Made by a program: the position numbers and the translations under genes. A stretch of 64,000 nucleotides of DNA. It comes from an uncultured Verrucomicrobiae bacterium. GTDB taxonomy: Bacteria; Verrucomicrobiota; Verrucomicrobiia; Limisphaerales; Palsa-1400. Under the pieces are notes generated by a model. It was not told where the DNA came from and did no database searches. It worked only from the letters and a program-made list of their open reading frames with translations. The first letter of the stretch is position 1. Each line of letters begins with the position of its first letter. Where the stretch lies: NCBI GenBank assembly GCA_963764165.1, contig CAVXRD010000002.1:2656001-2720000 (forward strand), read 5' to 3'. Below, piece by piece: positions 39,738-49,302 of this stretch.

Positions 39738-40805
39738 TTAGACCAATGACTTCAAATCGGCGAGGAAGGAATCGACATCGGCCTCAGTCGTGTCCCAGGC
39801 GCACATGAGGCGGCAGCCACCGCTGCCGATAAACGTGTAGAAGAGCCATCCCGTTTCCCGCAAGGCGCGAATCGCGGGAGCCGGGAGTTCGACGAAAACA
39901 GAATTGGCCTGGCGGGGAAAGAGGACCTTGGCGGTCAAGCCCTGCAATCCCGCTTCAAGCCTCGCTGCCATGTTGTTGGCTTGCGCGGCATGCCGCAGCC
40001 AGGCGTTGTCGCGCAGCATTCCCAGCCATGGCGCGGACAGATAGCGCATCTTCGAGGCAAGCTGCCCGGCTTGCTTGCAACGGTAAGCGAATTCCTCCGC
40101 GAGCTTGGTGTCGAAAAACACGACCGCATCGCCGACTCCCACGCCGTTCTTCGTGCCGCCAAAGCACAGAACATCCACTCCCGCCTGCCATGTTATCTCC
40201 TTTGGTTTGACACCGAGGGAGACAACGGCGTTGGCAAAGCGCGCCCCATCCATATGAATGCGCAAGCCCAGAGACTTGGCCACCGCCCAAATCGCTTTAA
40301 GCTCGTCGGGGGAATAAACGGTGCCGACTTCCGTCGCCTGCGTGAGACTGACAGCGCGCGGCTTCGGAAAATGAATGTCGGAGCGGCGCTGGACGACACG
40401 CTGGATGGAGTCCGGTGTCAATTTGCCGTCTGCGCCACCCACAGTGAGAACTTTGGTGCCGTTGGAAAAAAACTCCGGCGCGCCGCATTCATCGGTTTCG
40501 ATATGGGCCAGCTCATGGCAGATGATGCTGTGATAAGACTGGCACAGCGAGGCCAGCGAGAGAGAATTGGCTGCCGTGCCATTAAAAACGAAATACACCT
40601 CGCATCGAGTCTCGAAAATGTCGCGGATCAAGTCGGCGGCCTGATCTGTCCAAGGGTCATCCCCATAGGACGGGACGTGGCCTTGGTTGGCTTGTTCCAT
40701 CGCCGACCACGCTTCGGGACAAATCCCGGCGTAGTTATCGCTGGCGAACTGGCGGCGGACCGGCTTGCCGCCGGCCCGAAGATTTTTGTCTGTTTGTGAA
40801 GACAT
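39738..40805 (-). CDS. ltaE: Low-specificity L-threonine aldolase
   Basis: FASDNYAG, FNGTAAN, HMDGARFANA, GGTKNG. Confidence 0.92.
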   Translation of the reverse strand: MSSQTDKNLRAGGKPVRRQFASDNYAGICPEAWSAMEQANQGHVPSYGDDPWTDQAADLIRDIFETRCEVYFVFNGTAANSLSLASLCQSYHSIICHELAHIETDECGAPEFFSNGTKVLTVGGADGKLTPDSIQRVVQRRSDIHFPKPRAVSLTQATEVGTVYSPDELKAIWAVAKSLGLRIHMDGARFANAVVSLGVKPKEITWQAGVDVLCFGGTKNGVGVGDAVVFFDTKLAEEFAYRCKQAGQLASKMRYLSAPWLGMLRDNAWLRHAAQANNMAARLEAGLQGLTAKVLFPRQANSVFVELPAPAIRALRETGWLFYTFIGSGGCRLMCAWDTTEADVDSFLADLKSLV

Positions 40806-41225
40806 GGAAACAATTCAACCAGAATCCCATTTTAATCCAAGCCCATAGGCGGTCGCCCCCCGGAAACAAATCGCCGAGGAGCATTTCCGAAAACAGCGAG
40901 GGCGGAAGCGTTGTGAACGTCAACTCGCCATGCAGCGCCCCAGCGTTGATAATCCGAGAGCAAGGGCAATTATGGCCTTCATTTTGTGGTCAACAAATCC
41001 AGAATCCGTTGCCGGGTTTGACGGGGGGCAGGACAAATTCGGTGAGCTTGGTTCAGGGTCAATCCAGCTTTTTGGCTGCCGCGCTCATGTGCCCATTGTG
41101 GCCTTTCGTCAAACCTCATGAAAACGCGGTTCAAGATTGATTTCCACCGCGGGGCAGCGCGCCGCGGCATCTGTTGTCCAGACAGTAAAATATACTTGCC
41201 AGAATGCTCAGTTTAAGGCATCTTA

Positions 41226-41636
41226 ATGCAAGACCGACATATTATGGACAGCAAACCCACTCGGCACGCCCCCGCCGGTTCGGTATTCGTCGTGGATGAC
41301 AACGCAATGCTCGTGGAGCTTGCCGCGACGGTTCTGGAATCCGCAGGGTATTGCGTCAATCAATTCCTCGACCCGGCGGAAGCGCTGCTAGCCATGAAGT
41401 CCGCCAATCCGAAGCCCGCCGTGCTGGTGACTGATTACGATATGAAGGGCATGAACGGACTGGATTTGATCAATTTTTCGCACAAGGTTCATCCTGCCCT
41501 GAAAACGATACTTGTCAGCGGGTCGGTGGACAGTTCGGTCACGGCCACGCACGTGGCGCAAGTGGATCGCTTTCTGGGAAAACCTTACGGCCCGGCCGAG
41601 TTGCAGAGCCTCGTTGCCCAATTGATGCGGGTTTGA
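41226..41636 (+). CDS. Single-domain response regulator
   Basis: VVDDN, LVTDYDMKGMNG, LVSG, FLGKPY; start may be the ATG at 41244. Confidence 0.88.
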   Translation: MQDRHIMDSKPTRHAPAGSVFVVDDNAMLVELAATVLESAGYCVNQFLDPAEALLAMKSANPKPAVLVTDYDMKGMNGLDLINFSHKVHPALKTILVSGSVDSSVTATHVAQVDRFLGKPYGPAELQSLVAQLMRV

Positions 41637-41691
41637 CCCGCCCCGCCGCCTCGCTTTAGTCTTCCTCGCGGCTGGCCGTTCAGCCGAATTC

Positions 41692-42861
41692 ATGGCTCTG
41701 AAACCTGTCAAACGACGCCTTGTAGCCCGCGCGGCCCCTGCCGCGCAGTCAGAGGATGTCAAATATATGCGGCTCGCGCTCAGCCTGGCGCGGAGAGGAT
41801 TTGGCCGCACCTCGCCCAATCCCATGGTAGGCGCGGTGCTCGTTTCAAAGAATACCATCATCGGCAAAGGCTGGCACCAGCGCGCGGGCGAGGCGCATGC
41901 AGAAATCCATGCGCTTCGTGACGCTCAAGGCAAGCGGCGAAATCCAAGCGGCGGGACTTTATACGTGACGCTCGAACCGTGCTGCACGCATGGCAGGACG
42001 CCTCCGTGCACCGAGACCATCGTTCGCTCGGGCATCCGGCGCGTGGTCGTTGCCGCCACGGACCCAAACCCGGCCCATGCCGGGCGCGCCTTTGAAATTC
42101 TGCGCAAAGCCGGCATTGAAGCGGCCCACGGCGTCCTGGCGGACGAAGCCAGCGAATTAAACGCCGCCTTCAACCACTGGATTGTTCATCGCACCCCGCT
42201 TGTCACGGTAAAGGCCGGGATGTCGCTCGATGGAAAAATCGCCACCGCTGCCGGAGAATCACGGTGGATCACAAGCGAAGCATCGCGAGCCGCCGGAATG
42301 AAATTGCGAGCCGGAGCGGACGCCATCGTTGTTGGAGTCAATACGATTATCGTGGATGACCCGAGCTTGACTATTCGATTGAAGGGCTTCGAAAACAAAC
42401 GGTGGCGCCGAATTATTCTTGATCCGCGCGCCCGTATTCCGCCTGGCGCTAAAGTGCTCACGGATGGCAAATGCGAGACGCTCATTGTTACGACGAATAC
42501 CGCGCCGGAACGGAGGCCGAAGGCGCTGGCAAAATTCGCGACCGTCTTAAATGCGCCGGTGCGCGATGGCAGCATCGACCTGAAATGGCTGCTGCGAAAA
42601 TTGGGCGCATTGGAAATAACTTCTCTGCTCGTCGAAGGCGGCGGCGAGACGAATGCTTCGTTTCTCGAGGCGGGATTGGCGCATCGCGTGGCTTTCTTCT
42701 ACGCCCCGCTGGTGATTGGCGGGCGGAGCGCGCCCAAAGCCGTCGGCGGGACCGGCGCTCAAACCATCGGCGGCGCAATCAAACTGCTCGAACCGCGCTG
42801 GCGCAAGATCGGCGCGGATGTTTTATTGACCGCGCGCGTCAACAACGGGGGCGCGAAATAA
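41692..42861 (+). CDS. ribD: Bifunctional riboflavin-pathway deaminase/reductase
   Basis: TSPNPMVGA, HAE, TLEPCCTHGRTPPC, SLDGKIA, LVEGGG. Confidence 0.96.
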   Translation: MALKPVKRRLVARAAPAAQSEDVKYMRLALSLARRGFGRTSPNPMVGAVLVSKNTIIGKGWHQRAGEAHAEIHALRDAQGKRRNPSGGTLYVTLEPCCTHGRTPPCTETIVRSGIRRVVVAATDPNPAHAGRAFEILRKAGIEAAHGVLADEASELNAAFNHWIVHRTPLVTVKAGMSLDGKIATAAGESRWITSEASRAAGMKLRAGADAIVVGVNTIIVDDPSLTIRLKGFENKRWRRIILDPRARIPPGAKVLTDGKCETLIVTTNTAPERRPKALAKFATVLNAPVRDGSIDLKWLLRKLGALEITSLLVEGGGETNASFLEAGLAHRVAFFYAPLVIGGRSAPKAVGGTGAQTIGGAIKLLEPRWRKIGADVLLTARVNNGGAK

Positions 42862-42862
42862 T

Positions 42863-43477
42863 ATGTTTACAGGAATTGTCGAAGAAACGGGCCGGATCGC
42901 CGCCATCAAGCCAGCCAAGGAGGCCATCGAATTGCAGGTTACCGCGCGCGTGTGCGGGCGCGATCTGAAAACCGGCGACAGTCTCGCGATCAATGGATGC
43001 TGCCTGACGGTGGAGAAAATCGCGCGGCGCGGCAAAGGCAGGCTGCTGCAATTTTCTGTTTTGCAGGAAAGCTGGATCCGCACGAATCTCCAGTTTGCCA
43101 AACCCGGCTCGGGCGTCAATCTCGAACGCGCCTTGCGCATGGGCGACCGCCTCGGCGGGCATTTCGTCACCGGCCACGTTGAAGGATTGGGCCGCATCGC
43201 GCGCTGGGAACAATCCGGCAAGGACTTCATCCTGGAAATTTCCGCGGCACCCGAATTGATGCGCTACGTCATTTTCAAAGGCTCGATTGCCGTCGACGGC
43301 ATCAGCCTGACGGTTGCGGCGGTGCGCAAAAAAAGTTTCGATATTTGGATCATTCCGCACACGCGCGAAGTGACAACGCTGAGCGAGCGCGCTGTCGGCG
43401 ACGCCGTGAATCTCGAAACGGACATGCTCGGAAAATTTGTGGAACGCTTTGTGAGCTTGCCGAAGAAAAAGGCGTGA
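42863..43477 (+). CDS. ribE: Riboflavin synthase (alpha chain)
   Basis: MFTGIVE, NGCCLTV, VNLERAL, GGHFVTGHV, KGSIAVDGISLT. Confidence 0.96.
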   Translation: MFTGIVEETGRIAAIKPAKEAIELQVTARVCGRDLKTGDSLAINGCCLTVEKIARRGKGRLLQFSVLQESWIRTNLQFAKPGSGVNLERALRMGDRLGGHFVTGHVEGLGRIARWEQSGKDFILEISAAPELMRYVIFKGSIAVDGISLTVAAVRKKSFDIWIIPHTREVTTLSERAVGDAVNLETDMLGKFVERFVSLPKKKA

Positions 43478-43496
43478 CCTATTTCGCTTTTTGCGC

Positions 43497-43608
43497 GGGG
43501 CGCGGCTGTATTCGAAGGAGCGAAGCGACGAAGAATCAGCCACAGCACGCCGCGATCAATCGACGTGTATCTTAATGCTGCGACTGGTCTGCGACACAGT
43601 CGCGCTCC
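43497..43608. repeat. REPIN-like inverted repeat, family B (degenerate)
   Basis: Right arm TGCTGCGACTGGTCTGCGACACAGTCGCGCTCC; left arm diverged; related to 51107 and 62122. Confidence 0.7.
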
Positions 43609-43610
43609 GG

Positions 43611-44615
43611 CTATTGCGCCGCTCGTCGCAATCGATCCACTATCCCCCGCCATGCTTCGCCGGCTGGCGGCGTTTCGACAATGATCAGTTCCGTGCCTGC
43701 CGCGTCGCAGCGATGCAAAAGCGCGTAAAGAGAACGCGCATAGGCCTCGGGGTCATCCGAAATCGTGGTGACTTGTCCAAAATACTTCAATCCCGCACTC
43801 GCGCGGAATGTGACAAGATGAATTTTCTCCCTGTCGGCCTTGGATTTGGAAATCGCCGCCAGCAACGCAGCTTCGTCGTCAAACGCCATTACGATCAACT
43901 TGGCGCGAGGCGAATAATGTTTTGGCAATTGGCCGGGGCTTCGCGCGATGGCGTCAACCGAATCGCCCGTCAAAATTTTCCGCCCTAGAACAGCTTCCAA
44001 GGCATCGGCAGAAATCATGCCTGGCCGCAGCAATCGAGGCTGTGCGGTTGACAAGTCCACCACGGTCGATTCAATCCCGACTTGCGCCGGCCCTCCGTCA
44101 ATTATCAGCGGAATTTTTGCGCCCAGACTTCTGGTGACATGCTCGGCTGTCGTGGGCGAAAGCTCGTTGGAAGGGTTGGCGCTCGGCGCGGCCAGCGGAA
44201 ATCCGCACGCGCGAATGACAGCCTCCATGAAAGGATGCCGCGGCCATCGCACGCCCACGGTCGGCCCGCCCGCCGTGACAATCAGCGGGATTTCCTCCGA
44301 ACGCGGCAGCACCATCGTAAGCGGTCCCGGCCAAAATTTTGCCGCCAGCCGTTCAGCGGATTCAGGCCAATCCGCAACCATCTGGCGAGCCATATCAAAG
44401 CTCGCGACGTGGACAATGATCGGATTTCCCGGGGGACGTCCCTTCGCCGCATAAATTTTTGCAACGGCCTGCGCGTCTAACGCATTGGCGGCCAGCCCAT
44501 AAACCGTCTCCGTCGGCAGCGCGACGATCTCCCCCGCGCGCAGAAGCGCGGCCGCCCGCGAAACTGCGGCGTCAAATTCTCCCGGCGATTGAATAGATAG
44601 CGTTTTAGCGCTCAT
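43611..44615 (-). CDS. sua5: L-threonylcarbamoyladenylate synthase (Sua5 type)
   Basis: PTETVYGLAA, KGRPPGNPIIVH, AAPSAN, GIESTVVD, SPGQLPKHYSP. Confidence 0.94.
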   Translation of the reverse strand: MSAKTLSIQSPGEFDAAVSRAAALLRAGEIVALPTETVYGLAANALDAQAVAKIYAAKGRPPGNPIIVHVASFDMARQMVADWPESAERLAAKFWPGPLTMVLPRSEEIPLIVTAGGPTVGVRWPRHPFMEAVIRACGFPLAAPSANPSNELSPTTAEHVTRSLGAKIPLIIDGGPAQVGIESTVVDLSTAQPRLLRPGMISADALEAVLGRKILTGDSVDAIARSPGQLPKHYSPRAKLIVMAFDDEAALLAAISKSKADREKIHLVTFRASAGLKYFGQVTTISDDPEAYARSLYALLHRCDAAGTELIIVETPPAGEAWRGIVDRLRRAAQ

Positions 44616-44760
44616 GCCTGCATCAACAATGGGAATTGTGGCGGCAGGATTTGCGTGGCGCAACGATTTCTGGACGCAGCTTTTACTCCAAGCCAACTTT
44701 TCGATTGCGACTGTTTTGAATTGAATCGCCCATGTGCCGCCGGTATTGTAGCGCACCGTA

Positions 44761-44776
44761 TGGCGCAAGATTTGCG
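44761..44776 (+). promoter_or_regulatory. Sigma54-like (-24/-12) promoter for the ABC exporter operon
   Basis: TGGCGCAAGATTTGCG, GG-N10-GC, about 40 bp before ATG 44816. Confidence 0.5.
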
Positions 44777-44815
44777 GGTGCGTTGCCCTAATCTATCGCC
44801 GCCACAACAACTTAA

Positions 44816-46036
44816 ATGAGCGCTCCCAAAACCTCGCTCGATGATTTGAAAATCGAGCGCCGCGAGACGCACTCGCCCCAGCCAAATCGATGGTTGTGGC
44901 CGGTCGTCGTTTTGGTTTTGGCGGCAGCGGCCGCGGCGGGGTTCTACTTGACGCGAAATCCGTCCATCGAAATTACCTCCGCGCCTGTGCGTGTAGTGAG
45001 CAGTGGAGGCGCTGGCGTTACCATTCTCAACGCTTCGGGTTACGTCACCGCACGGCGGCAGGCGACCATTTCCGCAAAGGTGACGGGCAAAGTCGTCGAT
45101 CTGCTGGTGGAAGAAGGGCTGCGCGTCAAATCCGGGCAGGTGCTGGCGAGATTGGATGATTCGAACATCAAGATGGGTCTCAGCGTTGCCGAAAGCCAGT
45201 TGGAATCCGCCAAGCTCAATCTCGACGAGACCCGAGCCCTCCTGAAACAGGCCGAGAACGAGTATCAGCGCGAAACCGAGCTCGCCAAGCAGAAGATCAC
45301 CTCGCAATCCGATCTCGAGAAAGCGGAGTCCGACGCCGTTTCCATCAAGGCCCGTCTTGCCCGCCAGACCGTTGACGCCACAGTGGCCGACCGCCAGTTG
45401 GCGGTGCTGAAACAGGAGATGGAGGACATGGTGATTCGCGCGCCGTTCGACGGCATTGTGACCACCAAGGACGCCCAGCCAGGCGAAATGATTTCTCCAG
45501 TCTCGGCTGGCGGCGGCTTCACCCGCACGGGCATTTGCACGATTGTTGACATGGATTCTTTGGAGATTGAAATTGATGTCAACGAAAGCTATATCAATCG
45601 CGTCGAGCCGGGACAGCCAGTCGAGGCGACGCTGGATGCGTATCCGGACTGGAAAATCCCGTGCAAAGTAATCGCCATCATTCCGACCGCGGACCGTCAG
45701 AAATCGACCGTGAAGGTGCGGGTGGGTTTTGACAAATTGGATCCGCGCATTTTGCCGGAGATGGGTGTGAAGGTCGCCTTCCACGAGGCCACCACCGCGA
45801 ATGCCGTGGCAAAGCAAACGATGCTGGTGCCAAAGGCCGCCGTTCGCCAGGAGACTGGGAAAGACATCGTGATGGTGGTTCGGAATGACGCGGTCGAACG
45901 CCGAGCGATTTCGGTGACCGGGTCGAGCGGCGATGATATTATTGTCAGCGCGGGCCTCACCAGCGGGGAGCGCGTGGTGGTGGATGGCCCGAAGGATTTA
46001 AGCGACGGCGCGAAGGTCAAAGAGAAAACCAAATAG
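44816..46036 (+). CDS. Efflux membrane-fusion (periplasmic adaptor) protein
   Basis: N-terminal TM; VEEGLRVKSGQVLARLD; IRAPFDG; coiled coil. Confidence 0.92.
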   Translation: MSAPKTSLDDLKIERRETHSPQPNRWLWPVVVLVLAAAAAAGFYLTRNPSIEITSAPVRVVSSGGAGVTILNASGYVTARRQATISAKVTGKVVDLLVEEGLRVKSGQVLARLDDSNIKMGLSVAESQLESAKLNLDETRALLKQAENEYQRETELAKQKITSQSDLEKAESDAVSIKARLARQTVDATVADRQLAVLKQEMEDMVIRAPFDGIVTTKDAQPGEMISPVSAGGGFTRTGICTIVDMDSLEIEIDVNESYINRVEPGQPVEATLDAYPDWKIPCKVIAIIPTADRQKSTVKVRVGFDKLDPRILPEMGVKVAFHEATTANAVAKQTMLVPKAAVRQETGKDIVMVVRNDAVERRAISVTGSSGDDIIVSAGLTSGERVVVDGPKDLSDGAKVKEKTK

Positions 46037-46043
46037 GAAAACC

Positions 46044-46751
46044 ATGAGCGAGCCTACTAAAAGCAATGCCGCGCTGGTCAGCGTGGATGGCGTGGAAAAA
46101 GTCTTCCGGCGCGGCTCGGAGGAAATTCACGTCCTGCGCGAATTGAATCTGAAAGTTCCTTCGGGCGAATTTCTCGCGCTGATGGGGCCGTCCGGATCCG
46201 GCAAGAGCACGCTTCTCAATTTGATCGGCGGTTTGGACAAGCCCACGCGCGGCTCCGTCAGTGTTGGCGGCGAGCGTTTGGACAATTTGGGCGAACGGCA
46301 GTTGGCGGCGTGGCGCGCGCGGCACATTGGATTCGTTTTCCAGCTCTACAATTTGATGCCGACCTTGAACGCTGAGCGGAACGTCGAACTGCCGCTATTA
46401 TTGACTCATCTTTCCAGGGAGCAGCGGCGCAAGCATGTTGCGGCGGCGCTGGATGTCGTCGGACTCTCGCATCGCGCAAAGCATTTTCCGCGCACAATGT
46501 CTGGCGGCGAACAGCAACGCGTGGGAATTGCCCGCGGCATCGTGACCGACTCGACGCTTCTTCTTTGCGACGAGCCGACGGGAGATTTGGATCGAAAGGC
46601 GGGCGACGGCATTCTGGATTTGCTCCAGGCGCTCAACAGCCAGCACGGCAAAACGATCATCATGGTCACGCACGATCCGCACGCTTCCGCAAGGGCGGCG
46701 CGAACCGTTCATCTTGACAAAGGGCAGCTCAGCGCCCAAGCCGTTGCGTAA
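46044..46751 (+). CDS. ABC transporter ATP-binding protein (LolD/MacB type)
   Basis: GPSGSGKST, MSGGEQQRV, CDEPTGDLD, VTHD. Confidence 0.96.
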   Translation: MSEPTKSNAALVSVDGVEKVFRRGSEEIHVLRELNLKVPSGEFLALMGPSGSGKSTLLNLIGGLDKPTRGSVSVGGERLDNLGERQLAAWRARHIGFVFQLYNLMPTLNAERNVELPLLLTHLSREQRRKHVAAALDVVGLSHRAKHFPRTMSGGEQQRVGIARGIVTDSTLLLCDEPTGDLDRKAGDGILDLLQALNSQHGKTIIMVTHDPHASARAARTVHLDKGQLSAQAVA

Positions 46752-46801
46752 ACCATGAATACTGCTGCCACGCATCATTTTGATTCTGGTCACGCAGCGA
46801 C

Positions 46802-46933
46802 GGTAGGGACGCCTCGCCGAGGCGTCCGCGGTGAGGTGTTCTATACTCGAAAACCGTCCGAGAAATCGCACGCAACCGGCCTGTCCGCCGTAGCTTTAGC
46901 GAAGACGGAACGCCTCGGCGAGGCGTCCCTGCC
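46802..46933. repeat. GTAG-type REPIN-like doublet, family A, carrying a nested 30-bp unit
   Basis: GGTAGGGACGCCTCGCCGAGGCGTCC ... ACGCCTCGGCGAGGCGTCCCTGCC; spacer matches the copy at 53604-53692. Confidence 0.85.
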
Positions 46934-46942
46934 TCTGAAGTC

Positions 46943-48097
46943 ATGAAATTCTTCCCCCTCATCTGGAGCAATTTGAAACGCAAGAAACTGCGGACGTTTC
47001 TGACGTTTCTCTCGATTCTCGTCGCGTTCGTGCTCTTCGGAATTCTGTCCGCCATCAAGGAGGCCTTCACCGGCGGCATCAGCATCAACGGCGCGAATCG
47101 CCTTATTGTCCAGCACAAGGTTTCGCTGCTCATTCTGCTGCCGGAAAGTTACAAGGCTCGGATGGAGCGCATTCCTGGCGTCGATCTGGCCACCCATCAA
47201 ACTTGGTTTGGCGGAATCTACCAGGATCCGAAGAATTTCTTCATGCAATGCCCGGTCGTGCCGGATGATTTTTCGAGCATGTGGCCGGAAATTCTGCTGG
47301 CTCCCGAACAACTCAAAGCATGGAAGGAAACGCGAACCGGCGCCATCGTCGGACGCAAGAGCGCGAATAAATTTCACTGGAAGATCGGCGACAAAGTCCC
47401 GATCAAAACCCCGATTTGGGCCAAAAAGGACGGCAGCGACACCTGGGAATTTGACATCGTCGGAATATTTGACGGGAAGGAAAAAAACACGGACACGACC
47501 GCGCTGTTTTTCCGCTACGACTATTTTGACGAGGCGCACAAGGGCGAACGCGGCCAGGTCGGCTGGTACACCGTGCGCGTCAAAGATCCAAAGCGCTCCG
47601 GAGAACTCGCCAAATTGATTGACAAGGAATTTGAGAATTCGACTGCCGAGGTCAAAGCCGAGCCCGAAGCGGCCATGGCGCAATCATGGGCGAATCAACT
47701 GGGCGACATCGGCCTCATTTGCACTTCGATTCTCGGCGCGGTGTTCTTTACGATTTTATTGGTGACAGGAAACACCATGACACAAGCCGTGCGCGAACGG
47801 ACGGGCGAGCTGGGTGTGTTGAAGGCAATCGGTTTCACCAATGCCCAAGTGGTTGTTTTCGTGATGACCGAATCCTGCCTCATCGCGACCGGCGGCGGGC
47901 TGGTGGGGCTTGGATTGGCGTGGCTGATTGCCTCCAGCGGCGATCCGACGGGCGGCATGCTGCCGATGTTTTTCATTCCCACGCATGACCTGGCTGTCGG
48001 CGCTGGCATCAGCGTGGCGCTGGGATTGGTTACCGGCTTGTTCCCCGCCGTTCAGGCGATGCGCCTGCAAGTGGCGGTGGCTTTGAGGAGAATGTAA
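46943..48097 (+). CDS. ABC transporter permease (MacB/FtsX type)
   Basis: RTFLTFLSILVAF, VRERTGELGVLKAIGF. Confidence 0.92.
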   Translation: MKFFPLIWSNLKRKKLRTFLTFLSILVAFVLFGILSAIKEAFTGGISINGANRLIVQHKVSLLILLPESYKARMERIPGVDLATHQTWFGGIYQDPKNFFMQCPVVPDDFSSMWPEILLAPEQLKAWKETRTGAIVGRKSANKFHWKIGDKVPIKTPIWAKKDGSDTWEFDIVGIFDGKEKNTDTTALFFRYDYFDEAHKGERGQVGWYTVRVKDPKRSGELAKLIDKEFENSTAEVKAEPEAAMAQSWANQLGDIGLICTSILGAVFFTILLVTGNTMTQAVRERTGELGVLKAIGFTNAQVVVFVMTESCLIATGGGLVGLGLAWLIASSGDPTGGMLPMFFIPTHDLAVGAGISVALGLVTGLFPAVQAMRLQVAVALRRM

Positions 48098-48098
48098 T

Positions 48099-49298
48099 AT
48101 GGCTGGCCCCATCAATTGGATTTTGCAGGTTGTATCCGTGACGAAGTTCGGCTTGCTGAGCATCCCGCAACGGCTGGGATCGGCGCTGACTTCGATCATC
48201 GGCATCGCGGGCGTGGTGGCGGTGCTTGTCAGCGTGCTCTCCATGGCGACGGGGTTTCACAAAACCATGTCCGGCTCGATTCCCCCCGACGCCGTCATCG
48301 TCCTGCGGTCGGGAGCCACCAGCGAGATGGTCAGCGGATTGACCCGCGCCGACACGCGCTTGATCGGGGACGCCCCAGGGCTCGCCCGCGACACCAATGG
48401 CCCGCTGGCCTCGGCGGAATTATTCGTTATTATTGACTTGCCCAAGCGCTCGACCGGCACCGACGTCAACGTGCCGATGCGCGGGGTTGAACGGGCGGCG
48501 TTTCAAGTGCGCGACAAATTGAAAATCGTAGACGGCCGCGCGTTTGAATGGGGCAAAAACGAAGTGATCGTGGGAACGGCCGCCGTGAGTCAATTCGCGG
48601 GATTGAAGGTTGGCAACACGATTAAAGTGGGCCGCGAGCAATGGCCCATCGTCGGCATTTTCTCCGCCAACGGCGCGGCGGCTGAATCTGAAGTCTGGAC
48701 GGACGCGACGATGCTGCAAGGCGCGTTCAACCGCGGCGATTCGTTCCAGGCGGTGTACGGAAAATTGGCCACGCCGGGCGCGTTCGCTCAATTCAAGGAT
48801 TTCCTGACCAGCAATCCGCAACTGAGTGTCAAACCCGAGAAGCAGGCCGACTTCAATGAAGAACAATCCTCCACCATGACTCAGATGATTAACACGCTCG
48901 GCGTGCTGATCGCGGGCTTGATGGCAGTCGGCGCGATGTTTGGCGCGCTCAATACGATGTACAGCGCCGTCTCCGCCCGCACCCGCGAGATCGCCACGCT
49001 GCGCGCTCTCGGATTCGGGCGCGGCTCTGTAGTCATCTCCGTCATGCTGGAATCGCTGGCGCTGGCGTTGATCGGCGGCGTGATTGGCGGCGCGCTCGCC
49101 TACGCGTTTTTCAACGGCTACCAAACTTCGACGATGAACTTCGCCAGTTTCAGCCAGGTTGCATTCGCGTTTGCCGTTACGCCCGCCCTGCTCACCGAAG
49201 GGATTGTCTGGGCGGCGATGATTGGATTGATCGGCGGATTTTTCCCGGCCATTCGCGCCGCGCGCCTGCCGATTGCCTCGGCGCTGCGGGAATTGTAG
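48099..49298 (+). CDS. ABC transporter permease (MacB/FtsX type)
   Basis: IIGIAGVVAV, SARTREIATLRALGF. Confidence 0.92.
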   Translation: MAGPINWILQVVSVTKFGLLSIPQRLGSALTSIIGIAGVVAVLVSVLSMATGFHKTMSGSIPPDAVIVLRSGATSEMVSGLTRADTRLIGDAPGLARDTNGPLASAELFVIIDLPKRSTGTDVNVPMRGVERAAFQVRDKLKIVDGRAFEWGKNEVIVGTAAVSQFAGLKVGNTIKVGREQWPIVGIFSANGAAAESEVWTDATMLQGAFNRGDSFQAVYGKLATPGAFAQFKDFLTSNPQLSVKPEKQADFNEEQSSTMTQMINTLGVLIAGLMAVGAMFGALNTMYSAVSARTREIATLRALGFGRGSVVISVMLESLALALIGGVIGGALAYAFFNGYQTSTMNFASFSQVAFAFAVTPALLTEGIVWAAMIGLIGGFFPAIRAARLPIASALREL

Positions 49299-49302
49299 CC
49301 CA

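Noticed and set aside
40920..40982. Small minus-strand ORF MKAIIALALGLSTLGRCMAS upstream of ltaE
   Set aside because: Looks like a signal peptide but has only 20 codons and no identifiable continuation
41175..41200. Possible sixth TGTCC box (TGTCC-N16-TTGCC) before response regulator 41226
   Set aside because: Second half is degenerate and fits better as a plain -35 (TTGCCA-N17-CATCTT); the TAG hexamer 10 nt downstream is missing
44612..45817. 401-aa ORF on the - strand
   Set aside because: Antisense shadow of the membrane-fusion gene
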